In this document: positions 1 to 64,000 of the stretch, piece after piece
Position numbering within the stretch: the first letter of the stretch is position 1
Layout: each line of letters begins with the position of its first letter
From: the human T2T-CHM13v2.0 reference genome, Homo sapiens
Assembly: GCF_009914755.1 (NCBI RefSeq)
Contig: NC_060942.1
DNA length: 64,000 nt
Reading direction: 5' to 3' (one strand)
Made by a program: the position numbers and the translations under genes
The notes under the pieces: model-generated
What the model was told of the DNA's origin: nothing
The model's input: the letters and a program-made list of their open reading frames with translations, nothing else
The model's database searches: none

Positions 1-183
1 CTTTTAGTGGGACCTGAAAATAAGCAAGGTACTTTCTTGACACGTGAATTGATGACTGTTAGTTTTCTTTCCTTCCTTGTTAACTAGTCAGCAGGAGCAG
101 GAGTGGGAAGACAAGGGGGTACCACTTGCATCTGATCCCATTTCCTGGTCACGTTTGATGGTTAAGGCTCTTATAAAAGCTAG

Positions 184-653
<470 letters not shown>

Positions 654-1059
654 TAAATAATAATGCCATCCAGCTACTCAGGAGGACGGCTTAAGCCCAG
701 GAATTCAAGTCCAGCTTGTGCAATATAGCAAGTCTTGCCTCTCTATAAAAGCACACCCACAAAAACAAAAAAACGGCCAATGGCAACATATAGGTTACTA
801 TTTCTTCCATTCCCTCTTTTCACTTTTCTGTATTACAGCAAAGGCCTAACCAGCTTCCCTGCCCTCAAATTAAATATTATTGCCATGGTAATTTTTCTAG
901 AGCATACCCCTGGACACGTAGCTTGATTTAAAATCTTTTTTTTTTTTTTTTTCGTTACCGGGCCTAGTGCACGATGGTGCTTAAAAATCTCAAATGCCTC
1001 TTCAATGTCTCCTACATTGAGACTACCTTTTTCCTGGCCAAGACGTTTAACCTGAATTT

Positions 1060-1680
1060 AACTATGATAAATAATGATTAAAGAAATGCATTGTATGGGG
1101 CATTCTAAAAGATATCTGGCCTAGAAGCTTCAAAAATACAAATGTCAAGCAAGGAAGAAAAAGGCAGGGAACAGTTCCAGATTAAAGGAGACCAAAGAAT
1201 CACATCAACTAAATATAGTATCAATCTTTGATTAATCTTGAAATATTTTTTAAACAGCTACAGAAGTTGGGATCAGGAAAATGTTCTAAAATTAGATCGT
1301 GGTGCCAGCTACACAATTTGGTAAATATATTAAAAGTCACTGAATTGTATACTTTAAATGAGTAAACTTTATGCTATATAAATTATATTTCCATAAAACT
1401 TTATTAAAAAAGCTATATGGTGAATCTTTCAGACAAAAGAAATCTGAATTGAACTATGTATTAGAATATTTTAATCAATGTTACACTTCTTTGGTGTACT
1501 GGAACCTTCTCTCCCCAAGAGATTGTTAGTGGGAATGTAAAATGGTTCAGCTGCCACAGAAAACAGTTTGACAGCTCCTCAAAAAGTTAAACATAGAGTT
1601 ACCATATGACCTAGCAATTCCACTCCTAGATATGTACCCAAGAGAACTGAGAACACATGTCCATGCAAACGCTTGCCAAT
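1060..1680 (+). mobile_element. Old L1 (L1M) fragments
   Basis: gttaccatatgacctagcaattccactcctag is typical of the L1 ORF2 3' end; the remainder is degraded. Confidence 0.6.
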
Positions 1681-2789
1681 ATTCTCCTGCTATGCAGAAC
1701 TTTGTTCTTGCCGTTTTTTTGCTGTTCTCCAAATTTGTTCCCCACTAAAATAGAAACCTTCCCTTCTCTCCTGTCCTCTCATTTCAGTTCTACTCTTCAA
1801 TTATCTTGCTCCACCCCCTCTAGCCCTTCTATTCTTACGGCATTTAATTTGAAGTAATTTATAATTTACTAATAATGTGCTAACTTGGGTACTTGTTTTA
1901 TCTTCATCACATATTCTGCAACTTGAGGACAGACTGGGTTTTGCTATCTTTGTTCATCTTATGGTGCTTTCTCATGTCTTTTTCACTTTTTGTTATCATA
2001 TATACAGGTATCCCTGGCTGTCTGAACTCCATCTGAATATCTGCTATAATGACTTGCAAAAATTCTTACTCAGAATTCACTCTCTGAATTGAAAATTCAC
2101 TATCACAAATATGCATGTACCTGTTAGTGAAAACATTTGTGTTCAAGTGTAGGCAAAATATGTATAAAAACAGAGAGGGGGTTAGCCTCCCATGGGCCCT
2201 TTATTAGCTTTTGCCAGGAGCCTGGGGGTATCGTTAACAAGGTTCCAATTTAGATATAATCTTTAACGTATTATTTCATTTTTTATTTTCATTGCGGTAT
2301 AGAAGGCAATTATAATTTGTATCTAGTATTTTGTCATTTACCATACAAGCCCAATAATGAGTCCCTTAAGTGTTATATGATTACATAATTAGTGCTTTAA
2401 ATGCTACATAGGAGTTTAAAAGGTTTTGTACTATATTTGGGGGAACTGGTTATGCTTTCTGGTTGGGCTGACAACACACTATTTTTCTCATTTAAAAGAA
2501 TGGAACAGAGGTTTTTGCTTTCCAAAAGTGCACTATATAATTCAGGAATGGACTAGAGACAAATACCAAGGCATGCCTGTATCTAATTTAAGAACACAAT
2601 TCCAGAGAATGACAAGACTACTCTCGATTTGTGATAAAATCTTTTCTTCCTTAGTGGGGCCTAAAGAAATTATGTCTGTGTAATGACTTGCCAAGTGGGA
2701 CCTGCCCAGGTTTTCCCGTATATTTATGCAATTTAGGATATTAACCAATGGGAATGCCTCCTGTGGACCCTTGCCCAGGGAAGATCATG

Positions 2790-3022
2790 TGGCGTGATCA
2801 TAGCTCCCTGTAGCCTCAACCTCTTGGGCTCAAGCAATCCTCCCACCTCAGCCTCCCTTAAGACTACAGGCAGGTCCCACCACATTTGGCGGATTTTTGT
2901 ATTTTTTGTAGAGACAGGGTTTGCCATGTTGCGCAGGCTGGTCTTGAACTGCTAGGCTCAAGTGATCCACCCGCCTCAGCCTCCCCGAGTGTTGGGATTA
3001 CAGGCATGAGCCACTCTGCCTG
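2790..3022 (-). mobile_element. Alu (J-type), tail end missing
   Basis: Alu consensus with AluJ-like gggctcaagcaatcctcc. Confidence 0.9.
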
Positions 3023-3241
3023 CTCCAGACTTTTCGTATGTCCAAGTTGTTTCTCACTCTCAGTGATCTGGGTTTCTGGGTTGAACTGTAATTGAGAATA
3101 CTGCCTTTCAAATTCAGACTGCAACCTACAGTAAGAAATAGCATCACAACAGAGTAACCTCACACACACACTTACATAGGTACACAATGTATATGTAAAT
3201 ATATGGAATTTATACATCACACATACATATATAAAAACAGG

Positions 3242-3921
3242 TTAAAATTCAAGTTCAGGGGTACGTCCATGTGCAGGCTTGTTACATAAGCTTGAAACTT
3301 GTGTCATCTCCGTGACATGTACAACAAGTTTTGTTGTACAGATTATTTCATCACCCAGGTATTAAGCCTAGTACCCATTAGTTATTTTTCCTGATTGTCC
3401 CCCTCCTCCCACCCTCCATCCTCCGACAGGCCCCCAGTGTTGTTCCCCTCTATGTGTCCATGTGTTCTCATCATTTAGCTCTCAATTGTTAGTAAGAACA
3501 TGGGGTATTTGGTTTTCTGTTCCTCCATTAGTTTTGCTAAGGATAATGGCCTCCAGCTCCATCCAAGCCCCTACAAAGGACATGATCTCATTCTTTATTA
3601 TGGATGCATAGTATTCCATGCTGTATATGTACATTTTCTTTATGCAGTCTATCATTGATAGGCATTTAGATTGATTCCATGTCTTTTCTATGGTGAATAG
3701 TGCTGCAATCAACATACGCGTGTGTTTACATCTTTACAGTACAATGATTTATATTCTTTTGGGTGTATACCCAGTAATGGGATTGCTGGGTTGAATGGTA
3801 TTTCTGTTTTTAGGTCTTTGAGGAATCACCACACTGTCTTCCACAATAGTTGAACTAATTTATACTCCCACCAACAGTGTTTAAGCATTCCTTTTTCTCC
3901 ACAACCTCGCCAGCATCTGTT
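3242..3921 (-). mobile_element. L1 3' end (older L1PA-type)
   Basis: ORF 3482-3715 resembles the ORF2 C-terminus (IAALFTI..TWNQ.KC..M); L1PA-type 3'UTR. Confidence 0.9.
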
Positions 3922-4136
3922 AAATTCATGTTATTATTTGTGATATGCTGATAATTTCTATTTTATTCTATTTTCTTCTTTAAAAAATGTTTATAATCCA
4001 ATAAACTTCACGACTATGTGATTTGACCTTCAATTTGAAAAACACTGCTTTGGAGGATGAATATCCTCCAAATGAATACAATGAAAATGAATACAAGAAA
4101 GTACTGTGTTCTATTTCTTTTGAAAGTTGAAATTCT

Positions 4137-4490
<354 letters not shown>

Positions 4491-4588
4491 CTATCTATAG
4501 GTATTAAAAATTACTGGGACTGATTAAAAAATAAAACTGTTCAGAGTAACCTTTACTTCACACCCTGATCCTATGCTCTTCTTTTACA

Positions 4589-4988
<400 letters not shown>

Positions 4989-6230
4989 TGACTTTTCTGT
5001 TGGGACTCTCTGCTTTCAAACATGCACCAGTCTCATTTATCAGACAGGGAAGGAAAAAAGGGAAAGAAGAAAACACCGCCACCACATGCGAAAACATGTA
5101 CAGGCACATAAACACACACACAGACCCCATAAAACAGTCTTCTGCAATCACTCTATAACTCCTTAGAGTTATAGACTCTAGAGTGGTTTTAGTAGTCTCC
5201 TCTGTATTTGCAAGCTTGTATGAGTGATTTAACTCACTAGGATTAACATGGTTGTTCTGAATCTTTGTAGATTAAAACTCAACACTTCTGAAATACTAAG
5301 AATGCCATTTCAGTCATCAAGCCTGTTTTTCATTTAATTCTGCAGATAGTACTAGATAAAAGGGGGGAAAAAGCAATAACACTAGGAATCTGAAAGCCTT
5401 ATTATTGAAAAAGCTAAGGTAACTTAAAACTATTATTTCCTGATTTAAAGATATTCTATTTAAGATGAAAAAAGGAACCAAAAAAATTATGCTTTCTCTT
5501 GCAGTCTAAAACTACTGAAGTCAAAAATTGGGAATAACATTACTAAATCATAATAAACTCTTCCACTATAATATATAATAATACATGTATTATATATTGG
5601 AATATGTTAGCATTTATAAAATTTCAGGTGTTTAATTTTTATATTAGGAAAATACAGCAGTAAAGCTATAATGTATGGCAGACTTCGACTATTTTCATTC
5701 CAATCTAACAAATATAACCACAAGATAAAATTCCCCATGATAAGAAGTATATTTGGCAAAAAGAGAAGAAGAAAAGTTATTCAGAGATGCAGGAGAGAGG
5801 AAAGAAAAACCTCATTCACTTTGCTATGTGACTTATACCAGGTTATCAGCTTCCTAATCTGTGAGAGACAGTCTTAGAAATGTAATTGTAATTTAAAATT
5901 CTGAATAGATGCCACATTCATATGGATTTTTAAAAAACGCCTTTTTCTTTCTCCAGTAATGCAATTAAGCTTACATGTTTAAATGTTTTATTAAAGGCAT
6001 ATTATCAGTTACATTATAATTATAGTACAAATGGCAGGTATTCATACTACTTATTTTCTGTACCATACCATATATTTTAGCACCCAATTATATTAACTTT
6101 TACACTCAATCATTATTGTTTTAAAGGATTTTTGAACTGGTTTCTAAGTATTGGCTGAAAGCTCCTTAAGAACACCTTTGTCATCATATACTAAATACCC
6201 TCAGGTAAGAAATAAAGGTTATATTAATTT

Positions 6231-6500
6231 GGCTGGGCACGGTGGCTCACGCCTGTAATCCCAGCACTTTGGGAGGCTGAGGCGGGTGGATGACCTGAGG
6301 TCAGGAGTTCAAGACCAGCCTTGTTAACATGGTGAAACCCTCTCTCTACTAAAAATACAAAAATTAGCTGGACATGGTGGTGGGCGCCTGTAATCCCAGC
6401 TACATGGGAGGGCTGAGGCAGGAGAATTGCTTGAACCCAGGAGGTGGAGCAGCTAAGGTTGTGCCACCGCACTCTAGCCTGGGTGACAGAGAAAAAAAAA
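6231..6500 (+). mobile_element. Alu (S-type)
   Basis: Consensus; TSD aaaggttatattaatt. Confidence 0.95.
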
Positions 6501-6511
6501 GGTTATATTAA

Positions 6512-6851
<340 letters not shown>

Positions 6852-6969
6852 ATTGTATTTTCCTAATATAAAAATTACATACCTGAAATCCTATGGCACC
6901 TGGTCCCATAAAATTTATTTTTAAAATAAAAAAGCCTCATCTTTCAGCCTGTAGTTATAGAAAGCTTAC

Positions 6970-63964
<56,995 letters not shown>

Positions 63965-64000
63965 CTTAAAATAACAAAAATATATTTTAATATCCCTCTT

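Overview
Primate (human-type) genomic DNA lying entirely inside PTPN2 (T-cell protein tyrosine phosphatase, TC-PTP), transcribed on the minus strand. Coding exons 2-8 are present with exact, frame-consistent splice sites (91, 101, 99, 135, 210, 153 and 182 nt). Exon 1 lies beyond the right edge and exon 9 beyond the left edge. Two extra coding exons can be read from the sequence: a 69-nt in-frame cassette in intron 5 and a 73-nt alternative N-terminal exon in intron 2. The rest is intronic, with about 40 Alus, a ~6 kb old L1 in intron 7, other L1/L2/MIR fragments, a MER8, a MaLR LTR and simple repeats. Almost all ORFs in the track are Alu/L1 artefacts. I see no convincing new protein-coding system. 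The best leads are (i) a GC donor at exon 3 with a competing GT donor that ends exactly on a stop codon, plus other candidate poison exons, (ii) a candidate NF-kB/ETS internal promoter upstream of the alternative first exon, (iii) a cluster of perfect hairpins and templated-insertion scars, and (iv) a 25-bp minisatellite carrying repeated 5' splice-site motifs. Repeat boundaries and subfamily calls were made by eye and are approximate.
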